Source of the DNA: Haplodiscus bocki
Lineage: Eukaryota
Length of the DNA: 64,000 nucleotides
Direction: 5' to 3'
NCBI GenBank assembly: GCA_965655095.1
Contig: OZ296653.1
Coordinates: 81,716,001-81,780,000, forward strand
Every line of letters starts with the position of its first letter. Within the stretch, counting starts at the first letter, position 1. The position numbers were made by a program, and so were the translations under genes. Of the stretch, positions 28,376 to 37,652 are shown piece after piece. Below the pieces are notes generated by a model. The model was not told the DNA's origin and ran no database searches. It saw only the letters and a list, made by a program, of their open reading frames with translations.

Positions 28376-28381
28376 TCCAAT

Positions 28382-29820
28382 CATCTTTCAATGCATTCGG
28401 GAAAGCAATCTGTTAAAATAACTTTCTAGAGTCTATTTGGTCTGTTTCCGGATTTCAAGCAAAGTTTTTAGAAATTGGTCCGAAAACACTCAGCAAAGTA
28501 GTCAAGTCTGCTTTCTACGAGTCAAGAGGAACAATTTCAGAGAAGAGTCCCTGAAATTAGATCGGACATGTTTTGGTGATCTTCACAGAAATGATAAGAA
28601 ATTTTCATAGAAAATCTTTCCGTAGTGATATCAAAACTGCTTACGTCGTGTTCAGGGGTAGGGGTGACTTTCAGAAATGTTTTTCATAGAACAGTTTTCC
28701 AAATTCGGAACTTGTGTGACTTTCTTCAGCGGAAAAAACTGGACTGAGGAAAACATTTTCGTGTTTTAATTTAAAAAACTTTAAAAGCTGTCAAACCTAG
28801 AATTTACGTGTCTGAGAGAACATTTTTAGAAGATGAGTTTTCAAAAACACATATAAATTTTTTCTCAGAATTTCAACAAAAAATATCGGACTTTCAGCAC
28901 AACTTTCTCCGCAGTGTTAACAAAACTGCAATCTACATGTGCAGCAAAACTCTGCGTGTTTCAAGTTTTTTTCCAAAAAATTTTTCAAGTTCATTTTTAA
29001 TTTCGCTTTTAATGCTGAGAAGTTCCGGACTTTGCGCTAATATGTTTTGGCAGGGTTATCAAAACTGCAGTATATGTATCGTGAGAACCATTTTAGTTTG
29101 AAAAGTTGTTCAATTTTTTTCTAAAAATCCTTTTGTCGAATGTCTAGCAAGACACTTCCGTACTTTGATTGAGAATGTTTCGGGAAGTTTAGCAAAACAT
29201 CAATCCCGGCTTCCAGGGGAACATTTTCGTTAATCAACTCTTCACAATGAACGTGAACTTGCTTTCAGGTTTTGAGTGAACAAACGGAGCGAAGCGAAAC
29301 AAATTTGCAACTTGATCGTAAAAACGGTAGCAACGTTGTCAACTAGGCCTCGTACGCTCCAAAGGAACAAATTAGGAAGAAAACTTTGCAGAGAATAGTC
29401 TGAACAAAACTTTTGTCATCTCCGCCAAAGTGTTATTGGACTTTGACCGAAACTTTTCGACAGTGTTATCAAAACTGGTCTCTACGTATCCAGATGAACT
29501 TCATGCGAAAATCAAAAGTTTGAAAACTTTTACAAACTTTTTGTGATTTAGCACAAAAGCTACCGTGTTTGAGCTAAATCTTCGCGACAAGGATGTCAAA
29601 TCTGCATTGTCTGTCTCCTGACAAAACGTTTGTAGAAAAACGTTTGTAGAAAAACGTTTCAAAAATTTCGATTTCTTTGGACGTTTGGGCAAAAAAAAAC
29701 ATTCACACATTGAGCGACACATTTTTGGCAAGTTTGTTCAAGCAGCAAAGTACGTGATCAAACAGACTATTTGGGTGGCCAGAATTTCCGTAGAATGTTC
29801 CAAGTTTCAGAAGTTTTTTT
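28382..29820. repeat. Continuation of the 1.76-kb satellite after the insertion; array end
   Basis: Resumes in register after the TSD. Unit marker at ~29132. Same monomer motifs, e.g. GCTACCGTGTTTGAGCTAAATC. Confidence 0.95.
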
Positions 29821-29829
29821 CAATGACTT

Positions 29830-30310
29830 AGCATAAGGCTAGTGAGACTAACAACTCCTTCACTTGGAAAGAAGAAACACAAGAAGCACTTGAGAGTTTA
29901 ACGCATCCACACAAGAACCATTCATTTTGTACACTGACGCAAGTTTAACGGCAATGGGAGCAGTATTAGCCCAAGTGCAGGACGGAAAAGAGCGAGCTAT
30001 TATCTATACATCTAAGGCATTTTCGAATTCTCAAACGAACTAACCTGCAACAGAACGAGATTTTTCAGCTATTGTAATTTTCACCCATCACTTCAAATTT
30101 TACGTTCTCGGAAGGAAGTTCAACATTGTCACTGATCAACGAGCACTGCAGTGGCTGCACAATTCTAAACATCCGGACGGATTGACAGCAAGGTCGCTCG
30201 AAAAGTTGACAGCAAGGTCGCTCGAAAAGTTGACAGCATTTGATTTTGAGGTGCAACACAGACCAGGCAAAAGTAATGGCCATGCCGACGGACTCTCACG
30301 AATACCGATT
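29830..30310 (+). pseudogene. pol: pol: RT connection and RNase H remnant
   Basis: Manual translation gives FTWKEETQEALESL ... PFILYTDASLTAMGAVLAQVQDGKERAIIYTSKAFSNSQTN*PATERD ... VLGRKFNIVTDQRALQWL ... FEVQHRPGKSNGHADGLSR, which are typical Gypsy RNase H motifs. It contains an in-frame 24-bp tandem duplication (LTARSLEK x2, ~30182-30237). Confidence 0.93.
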
Positions 30311-30370
30311 GTAAATCAAGTCACTACTTCTCAAAGCAAAGAAAACTTAAACAGACCAGAAACGATGAAA

Positions 30371-30775
30371 ATCTTTGAGATAACTCACAAAATTGGTAAA
30401 CTTTTCGAACCAAAAGACTCACTCGCACACTGCTTTTCATCCGACTTCAAAATGTCCGCAGGAATTGCCCGAAGTTTCAAGAGTGAGTTTTCCTACAATT
30501 TTCCAGAGAGCATCAATTCTGCACTTTTTTGTTCAACAAATAGATGATCGCTTCATCTACAATTCAGTAACGAAGAAACTCTTTTTCCAAAAGCCAACCA
30601 ATGATAGTTTGCGAAAATCATTAGAGGCAATGACGAATCATGCTAAAAATTACAAAGTCAACCAAATTAGTATGCGATAGCCGGTTATGGACTTGATCAA
30701 ATAGAATGGCACAAAGTTAGAGGCCTGATCAAACAAATCTGTGCACAGTCAAAATTAACCATCACAGTCTATGAT
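30371..30775 (+). pseudogene. TARG1/OARD1 (Poa1p-like) macrodomain inside pol, with two frameshifts
   Basis: Joined frames read IFEITHKIGKLFEPKDSLAHCFSSDFKMSAGIARSFK...DDRFIYNSVTKKLFFQKPTNDSLRKSLEAM...ISMR/AGYGLDQIEWHKVRGLIKQICAQSKLTITVYD. This is colinear with OARD1 motifs DSLAHCISED.RMGAGIA, RYIYYLITKK, KPTYENLQKSLEAM, SMPRIGCGLDRLQW and ITVY. Confidence 0.88.
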
Positions 30776-30817
30776 CAGAACAAAACTGAACAATCTCAAA
30801 AACAGGATGAAACACCA

Positions 30818-32713
30818 GTGCACTCTGCATTGGGCCAGGTACAACGTCAAGCAGAGGCATTGTCCAAACTTATTCGTTGGATCGAACAAGGAAATGTGCC
30901 GACATCACAAAAATTGCAAGGACTTCATAGGCTCGCCTGGCAATTCAAGAACCAACTCCCCGATGGAATTTTGTGCCGAAAATTTGAAACTGGCGACAAT
31001 GAAGTAGTATTACAACAAATAGTGCCGCCATCAATGACGCACGAAATTTTATCAGCGTGTCATTCATCACCATCAGTCGGACATTTAGGAGTTGCTAAAA
31101 CCTCAGAGAAAATAAAAGAAAGATTCTACTGGCCAGGACTGCAGGCAGACACAAAACCGTTTGTCAGTCAGTGCCCGGAATGTCAAAAACGTTCGGGACC
31201 GCCCAAGAAATATCATCATTCACTAATAGAATGGCAAGCTAGTTATCCATTTCATCACATTGGAATCGATTTCTCGGGACCTTTACCAATGTCAAACGGA
31301 AACAAACACATCCTAGTAATTGGCGATCACTTCACAAAATGGTACGAGGCAATACCATTACCAGATGAAACGGCCGTCTTAACTGCGAATGCCTTAGTTG
31401 ATCATTGGATCAGCCGATTTGGTTGCCCACACAGGCTGCACAGCGATCAAGGCCGAAACTTCGAATCAAAACTTTTTGAACAATTAATTCAACTTCTTGA
31501 AATGGACAAAACCAGAACAACACCTTTTCACCCTCAGTCAAATTCGGTGATCAAAAGATTGAATAAAATTTTACAAAATATGTTAGCAAAATGTGTATAT
31601 GAAGAGCAAAGCAATTGGTCACAGCAATTGCCGTACGTTATGATGGCCTATCGATCTTCGGTACACGAATCAACAGGATATGCATCTCAATCCCTAGTTT
31701 TTGGACAAGGATTGAGTATGCCTTTAGATTGCATGTATCCTAACCCGCAAGAAACAGAAAGTACTGATATCTATAAATTCGTGCACAGTAAATAGCGAAC
31801 ATTTCAACAAGTTTTTGAGCTAGTTCGACACAACTTGAACGAAAAACAAAAACGCCGAAATTTTATCTACAGTAAAAAGGTTCACGGCCCAACATACAAA
31901 GAAGGACAGAAAGTTTTGCTTGATCATCCAGCCACCAGAATTGGAACAACTTCTAAATCCGCAAGCCCTTGGAAGGGACCGTATATCGCTGAAAAATGTT
32001 TAAACGATGTAACGTTCAGAATCCAGGAAGAAAAATCCTCAAAACAACAAATTGTACTTTACGACAGTCTGAAATTTTTCTTTGAATCTCCGACTAAGTC
32101 CAATGTACCTACAAGAAACAAACCAAGAAAATTTCAGTCAATTCAAGAAATAGCAGATACACAAAAACACATAGATGGAACACTTAATCAAGATGATTGT
32201 CCTAGCTTCTTGCCAACACCTTCTAGTGCTTTCACACCAATACCTGCCGTAGGATGAACAACCGCATCAATCCCAACAAGTATATTTACACCAATTACTT
32301 CGTCTGCACCAATTACTTCGTCTGCCCCAAAACGAGAGGTAACGAGATCACCTCCTGTATTCTCGCTATCACCCGTAATGGAACAACTTAGTCCACACAC
32401 AGGAAATAACGTTGCAATACAACCACCGATTATCCCTGAAATCGACATACAACCTCTCATCCCGGACACAGCCTTTATCGACGAAAGACAATCACCACGC
32501 GACAAACTCACGGAAATCGTGGACGCAGCAGCTAGAAATCTTAGAACAACTCCTGCAAACACGTCCACAATGCAGTTACGAACCAATACGTCAGCACAAA
32601 GAAAAGCACAACCACTTTTCACGTCATATCTCCCAGACATAAAAACGGGTTATAACTCTCCAGATAAAAAAACCCGAAAACAGTGTCAGATGGAAAACTT
32701 AAAAAAACCTTAA
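30818..32713 (+). pseudogene. pol: pol: integrase (HHCC zinc finger, DDE core, GPY/F) plus a Pro/Ser/Thr-rich tail
   Basis: ACHSSPSVGHLG...FYWPG...CPEC; IGIDFSGP; LHSDQGRNF; TTPFHPQSNSVIKRLN (catalytic Glu replaced by Lys); WKGPYI. In-frame stops at ~31793 and ~32255. Confidence 0.95.
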
Positions 32714-32740
32714 CAAAAACAAAACTCATCATAAGCAATA

Positions 32741-35130
32741 ACGAAGATCTTCCATCAGGATTACAACACTAGTTTACATCTGGGGCACGTTTTTCAATGC
32801 AGATATCATGCAGTATTCCACGGTGAACAAACAACAGCTACCGGAATTCGAACGAGGAGCTGCTGTCATCATTAAAAACCAGGTTTTAACTTCTGAAAGT
32901 CAGAGCCAAGTTCGAATATTCTCTGTTTTCCCGACACTACCGGATGATAAAATTGACGGAGTGCATGCCATTCTTCCAGAGAGCAATCAGAAGCTGTCAC
33001 GCATCCAAAATCGCGTCGCACAGGCCAGATGCAACAACATCACGTTCGACGATTCACATGTACCAGTCACTCAACAAATGGAAAGCATGTACAAGTACCT
33101 CAAGCAAGAAGTTAATGAAGCTCAACTTGAGCTCAACACTTTGAGTGATGTTGCGTAATTCTTCTTCCCACCAGAATCAGCGCCTGGAACTACTCGTCGA
33201 CAACGCTCAATCGATGAGGAAGAACCTCACAACAGAACACGGCGACCTATTGGTGCTGTTGCCGCAGTCGCCGCTGGTACAGGATTCATCTTAGGAGAAC
33301 CAATTAGAGACGCAGCTTGCAATGCACTGTCCATTTTTTTCTCTGCGATTCCACGAAAGATTTACAACGCGAACTCGACCACGTAACCAAACAACAAAAG
33401 ACACAACAGAAAGCATTCCAAACTGTTCGAGATCAAAATATTGAAAAACTTGCCCTACTTCGAGACGAAATCCGTTTGACCCAAGAAAGTGTTGAACGAC
33501 TCAAAAAAGACATTTATACACACAATTCTTACTTGCTTGAATGTATAAACACTCTGGACGATGCACTTTGATGCTATCCATTCGAAAAAGCTCACCGCTA
33601 TTTTCTGCAATCTTCACAACATTAATTGTCACAAATTGGCACATTTTATACACACTTTTAAAATTTTCCGTGCCGCATTCTACGCCTAAAGAATTAAGTT
33701 TTCTTTCTTATGCAGCGGGACACATTACTCTACAATTCTTGCTCCCCACACAACTTGCTACCATCGTGCAAGAGCTGGCTGCTGAAGAATTTTGGAAAGG
33801 CAGCAATTTGACATCAGCTTTACCATCGGGATTCGAAGCCATCTCTTATGAACTGCAAACAGTATTAGAAGTCACGATATTATCTAAAGGTATTTCTTTT
33901 CCCCTTGGGGTTCCGATGAACACCAAATCCGCTACATATAATGTTTTCCAAGCAGAACCTTTATATCAACCCAACGACGACGGCAAGACGGCATCCGTTT
34001 ACCAATTCCCAAAAGGCTACGTCGCGATTGCAGCAGACAATACCAATTCCGCAGAATTAGCAGCGTCTACGCTACAACAATGCACGAAAAGCAATCGAAT
34101 CAAACTATGCCGCGAAGGTTTTTCGACCACTACTGATCAAACGCTAGTCTGCCTCACGTCGTTTTATTTCAGTCAACACATTCCAGGACTTCGAAATTGC
34201 CCTGTTTTCTCTGTATTTCATCCAGAAGCCCCACAGACGATCTACTTGGCAAATGGCGTCTACCACCTCATTTCTTGCAACCCCACGATGGATATTAAGA
34301 AACACAGCAGAACACATGGACTCAGTTTGTCCACCATAGATAGTCAAGCATGCGTCCATCGACCTACATGCACAAGTACTATTTATATCAATCAAGGCAG
34401 ACGATTTCGTTTTGTCAGCCGACATGGATGCATGTAAAACTACCCCGGAACCGTACATTGCTACAATTAAGCTAGCCCCTCCCCTGTATCAGGTCTTCCA
34501 AAACGTACTGTTTGAACGACTCAACTTCCCAAGGGACTCCATTGGTGCTGCCCGGAAATCAATTCTTGAGAGTGTCTAGTTGGGACTGACTGAAATTCTT
34601 GACGTTAGACGAATGGATCCCGAAACCTTGCAGAAACTGACTGAACCTATTGTTGCACATTAGACATCTCTCAATCCTGCAACCGCAGCTGCACTTGGCA
34701 ACTTTGTTTCAGCAAAAACCTCTTTCTTAATCTACGGCGGATCAATCGTACTTTCTTTTTTTTGTTTATACTTAACTTTCCACTTTTTCACAGACAGGCA
34801 CGTGCACTTTGCTGTTCCCCAGGTTATTTCTTCAAGAATGAATCTGGCCAATTTATTCACGTAACAGACGACATTGACCCTGACACTGACTCTTCGTTTC
34901 TTCTTCTCACTCCTGAGAAATTCACTGCACTGTGTGCTCTTGGAAAAGAAGCCCTGTTAAAGACTGAAGCTAACGCACCGTTTACATACTCCGGCGAAGA
35001 TGAAGTAACAATGTACCCGGACATCACTGCACAAACCAGAACCATCCGTACCACACCTCCGTTGGTTCTAACTAACTTCACTCTAGCTCCTGTGTCGACC
35101 AATGATGCCACACAAACCACCTCTTTATAA
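32741..35130 (+). pseudogene. env: env-like class I fusion glycoprotein (baculovirus/errantivirus/paramyxovirus F-type), disrupted
   Basis: Reading through the stop at 33156-33158 gives TTRRQRSIDEEEPHNRTRR-PIGAVAAVAAGTGFILG (furin sites plus fusion peptide). A heptad-like helix (33317-33571), a Cys-rich region (CTKSNRIKLC..VCL..NCP) and a hydrophobic TM (~34720-34790, SFLIYGGSIVLSF/FILNF) follow, then a cytoplasmic tail. The start position is inferred from a frameshifted signal-like stretch (ITTLVYIWGTFFNA). Confidence 0.85.
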
Positions 35131-35705
35131 ATCTTCGCTCCAAGTAATGTATCATAGTGTTGAAATGTACAAAGTTCAACTCTTTAAAATAGGTAAGTCT
35201 CAATAAGTAAAAGCGTCTCCTCGGAGCCTGTGTGCGGCACTAGCGTGCCCCCCTCTAACCCCGCCATTTAACTGCTTTCCAGCCTTCAACAATGTCTCAT
35301 TTGTCTACAAGTTGTCGCTACCCTTGTCACCACCCCCCACACACCGAACAACGTCCCGCACTACGCCAGTCCTGCTTCGACCACATGGTCTCTCACCAAG
35401 CCATACGCAGCTCATTTTGCGGCTAATCTGTCGCTTTTGTGCGAAATTCCTCTATCCCCTTGCATTTAACTTGTCATCTTGCCCCAGGCGTTTTTCATGG
35501 CTTCAATTCCCAATGCATCACAGGCCCTACTTCTACCCCTATTTGTAACCCCTGTTCTCGATCACCATATTACCTCACACACCCCTTTTGCCCCTCATGT
35601 GCTTCACCCCGACCAATTCCTCTTCATGAAAGACCCAGATATACTTTGTTACGACCCCCGCATGTCCCTTACCTGCCCAACCTCCACCTCATTCTTCCAA
35701 ATTTT

Positions 35706-36068
35706 TTATCTCTCAAAGTAGATACCCCAACCGTGACCAAAACAATCGAGACAATGATACTTAATAAACTTCAAACTTGAGTAACCGGCTTTTATAGCCC
35801 TTAAAAATTGCCTGCTAGCCTTGTTGTTCATAAGACTCATTTTTACAAGAATTAAAGCAAGTTCATCAGCTAACTCTTTTTGTAAGCTCAGCAGCTTCTT
35901 AAAAGTGAGACGGTTTCCGCGTTCCCTTGATTATTTTAGCGTACGTTCTGCATCAATGACAACTTGTGATGGGCAAACTAACAACTTTCGCGTGGGTATG
36001 TGATTCACCTCCTCAATGACAGTCAATACCGCTTACTCAAGATCGCACCTCCCCTTGGCCCAGTGATC
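35706..36068 (-). pseudogene. Candidate antisense accessory exon of the retroelement, unknown product
   Basis: A 121-codon frame with two internal TAA, starting directly after the minus-strand acceptor GGTTTGTTTTTTTCAG|. The translation looks protein-like. Confidence 0.4.
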
Positions 36069-36143
36069 CTGAAAAAAACAAACCTTTCTACATATCGCAG
36101 TTTTCTACGGGCCCCTTCACAACTATTCATCAGCACTCCTCGC

Positions 36144-36326
36144 ATGGTCAATCAATCGACCCAGACAGATTTCCAACCCACAGACACTGACGACCCCTTA
36201 GCTCGTGATACTCTTCAAGATTGTGCTCCTGCCGCTGTGGAAGCCTATCATCGAGGCGGACCTTATTGTGTTAGCGAAATCCATTTTATCGATCTTCCTG
36301 AACCCGTCACCAATGTCTCAGTTTAG
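36144..36326 (+). CDS. Small 60-aa ORF just upstream of the PPT (MVNQSTQTD...), function unknown
   Basis: Intact ATG to TAG. The N-terminus contains STQTD. Confidence 0.25.
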   Translation: MVNQSTQTDFQPTDTDDPLARDTLQDCAPAAVEAYHRGGPYCVSEIHFIDLPEPVTNVSV

Positions 36327-36345
36327 TTTGAGGGACACAAACTAC

Positions 36346-36356
36346 AAGAAGGAAAA
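36346..36356 (+). promoter_or_regulatory. Candidate polypurine tract
   Basis: AAGAAGGAAAA preceded by TTTGAGGGACAC, which resembles the TTGAGGAC motif often found upstream of Gypsy PPTs. Confidence 0.4.
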
Positions 36357-36359
36357 CTT

Positions 36360-37157
36360 TATGACAATCGATATTATCAACAACAGAAATAACATGAACA
36401 TTTTGATAAACATGAACACTTTTGACTCGACATTTTGAACTACTTTTTTCTATTTATAATTTTGGTGCTCACCTTGATTTTTCTTAAATTAGGTTGCACC
36501 TATCTTACTCCCGATCACGCCGCGTCTCGTGACAACATATCACCCCACCTCAATCTAATAAAAGTGCAGATTTTAAATTAAAATGACGAGTTTTCTGGTG
36601 CTTTAACAATTTCTTGGACACGGCCGTTACACCACAGCAACTTCTTGGAATCGTGTTGGTAACCAAAATTCCAAAACATTCCAAGCACGAACTCCAGAGG
36701 CTTCTTACCACAAAATCGCACTAGATCGACAAAAATAGCCAAAAATCGTCAAAGTACTAACAGGCGTGAAAATTGATCACGCCGGCCAGAGAATATAGGA
36801 CAGCATCGCCAACCTCTGCTTTTAGACACCCAACTTAGAAAGACCAAACTCAGCTTCTACACAATCCAGTCACTTGTTTCAATTTTGCTTTTCGAAATCT
36901 AAATTCTCAAACTTAGACGTTAGACGTCGAGCTAAAACTCGTTCAATTTGAAAATCTGATATTTAATGCTTAGTTTTGCTTCATTCTAACGAAAATATTC
37001 TTGTTCGGCTAATTCAGATACTAAACAGCAACTTTGACTTAAAATATAAGGAATAGTTTATTTTATTTGGTAGAGTCCCGGTTCGGGATCACTGAAATTT
37101 TCTAAGCAGCGATTTTGACTCCTCGTTGAAGAAGGTGCGGACCTGAGCCCTCTCATA
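36360..37157 (+). repeat. Candidate 3' LTR (~0.8 kb)
   Basis: Starts TATGAC just after the PPT and ends CTCATA. Contains TATTTATAA (~36451) and AATAAA (~36557). An unrelated dispersed repeat begins ~40 bp later. No second LTR is available to confirm it. Confidence 0.45.
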
Positions 37158-37194
37158 TCCAAAGCAATGAAACAGCTATTTCAGCGATTATTAT

Positions 37195-37652
37195 TTTGCG
37201 CCATAGAATATGAAAGCAAAATCTTCCTCTCAAATAGGTCCGTTTACCCGATGTTTGCCAATTGAGCTCGCGCAAAAACGATGTTGGCTCGTTCTGAACG
37301 TGAATTTTTTTCCACCAAATTGTTGCAAATTTGCCGTAGAATGCCACTAAAAAAGTAAGATTTCTCAAAACGTTCGAAATATGGTTTTTTTTTGGAAGAG
37401 ATGTTTTTTCATAATCGCTAAATGTGGCAATTTTTTTCTAGAATGCGTCTCAAATGGTATTTCTTTAAAATGTCTTTCCACGTTATTTTTGAGGTTTTTT
37501 GGCTGAAAATCAGAAAAAAATTAAAGTTGGAAAAATTACAATTTATGAACAAAAAGGGTATTTTGAAAAAAAAACGCTTTCATCCTTCTAAAAGGCATCT
37601 TTAACAATGTTGGAGGTCGCAAAATATCTCGGAGGTAGCCGGGTGTCTTGTT
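37195..37652 (+). repeat. Dispersed ~460-bp repeat, possibly a non-autonomous Helitron-like element (copy 1)
   Basis: Colinear with 60575-61040 (GCAAAATCTTCC..CAAA, TTACCCGATG.TTGCCA, ATTTGCCGTAGAATGC, GAGGTTTTTTGGC..AAATCAGAAAA). Ends in a GC-rich imperfect hairpin followed by CTTGT. Confidence 0.7.

Larger units (their letters stand above)
29828..37157 (+). mobile_element. 5'-truncated, decayed Ty3/Gypsy LTR retroelement with macrodomain and env (no 5' LTR, gag, protease or RT core)
   Basis: Gypsy domain order: RT connection, RNase H, (macro), integrase, GPY/F, then env. Many stops and frameshifts. The 3' boundary is approximate. Confidence 0.9.

Noticed and set aside
32188-35120. Minus-strand ORFs 32188-32640, 34144-34458 and 34857-35120
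   Set aside because: Shadow frames of pol and env with no independent evidence.
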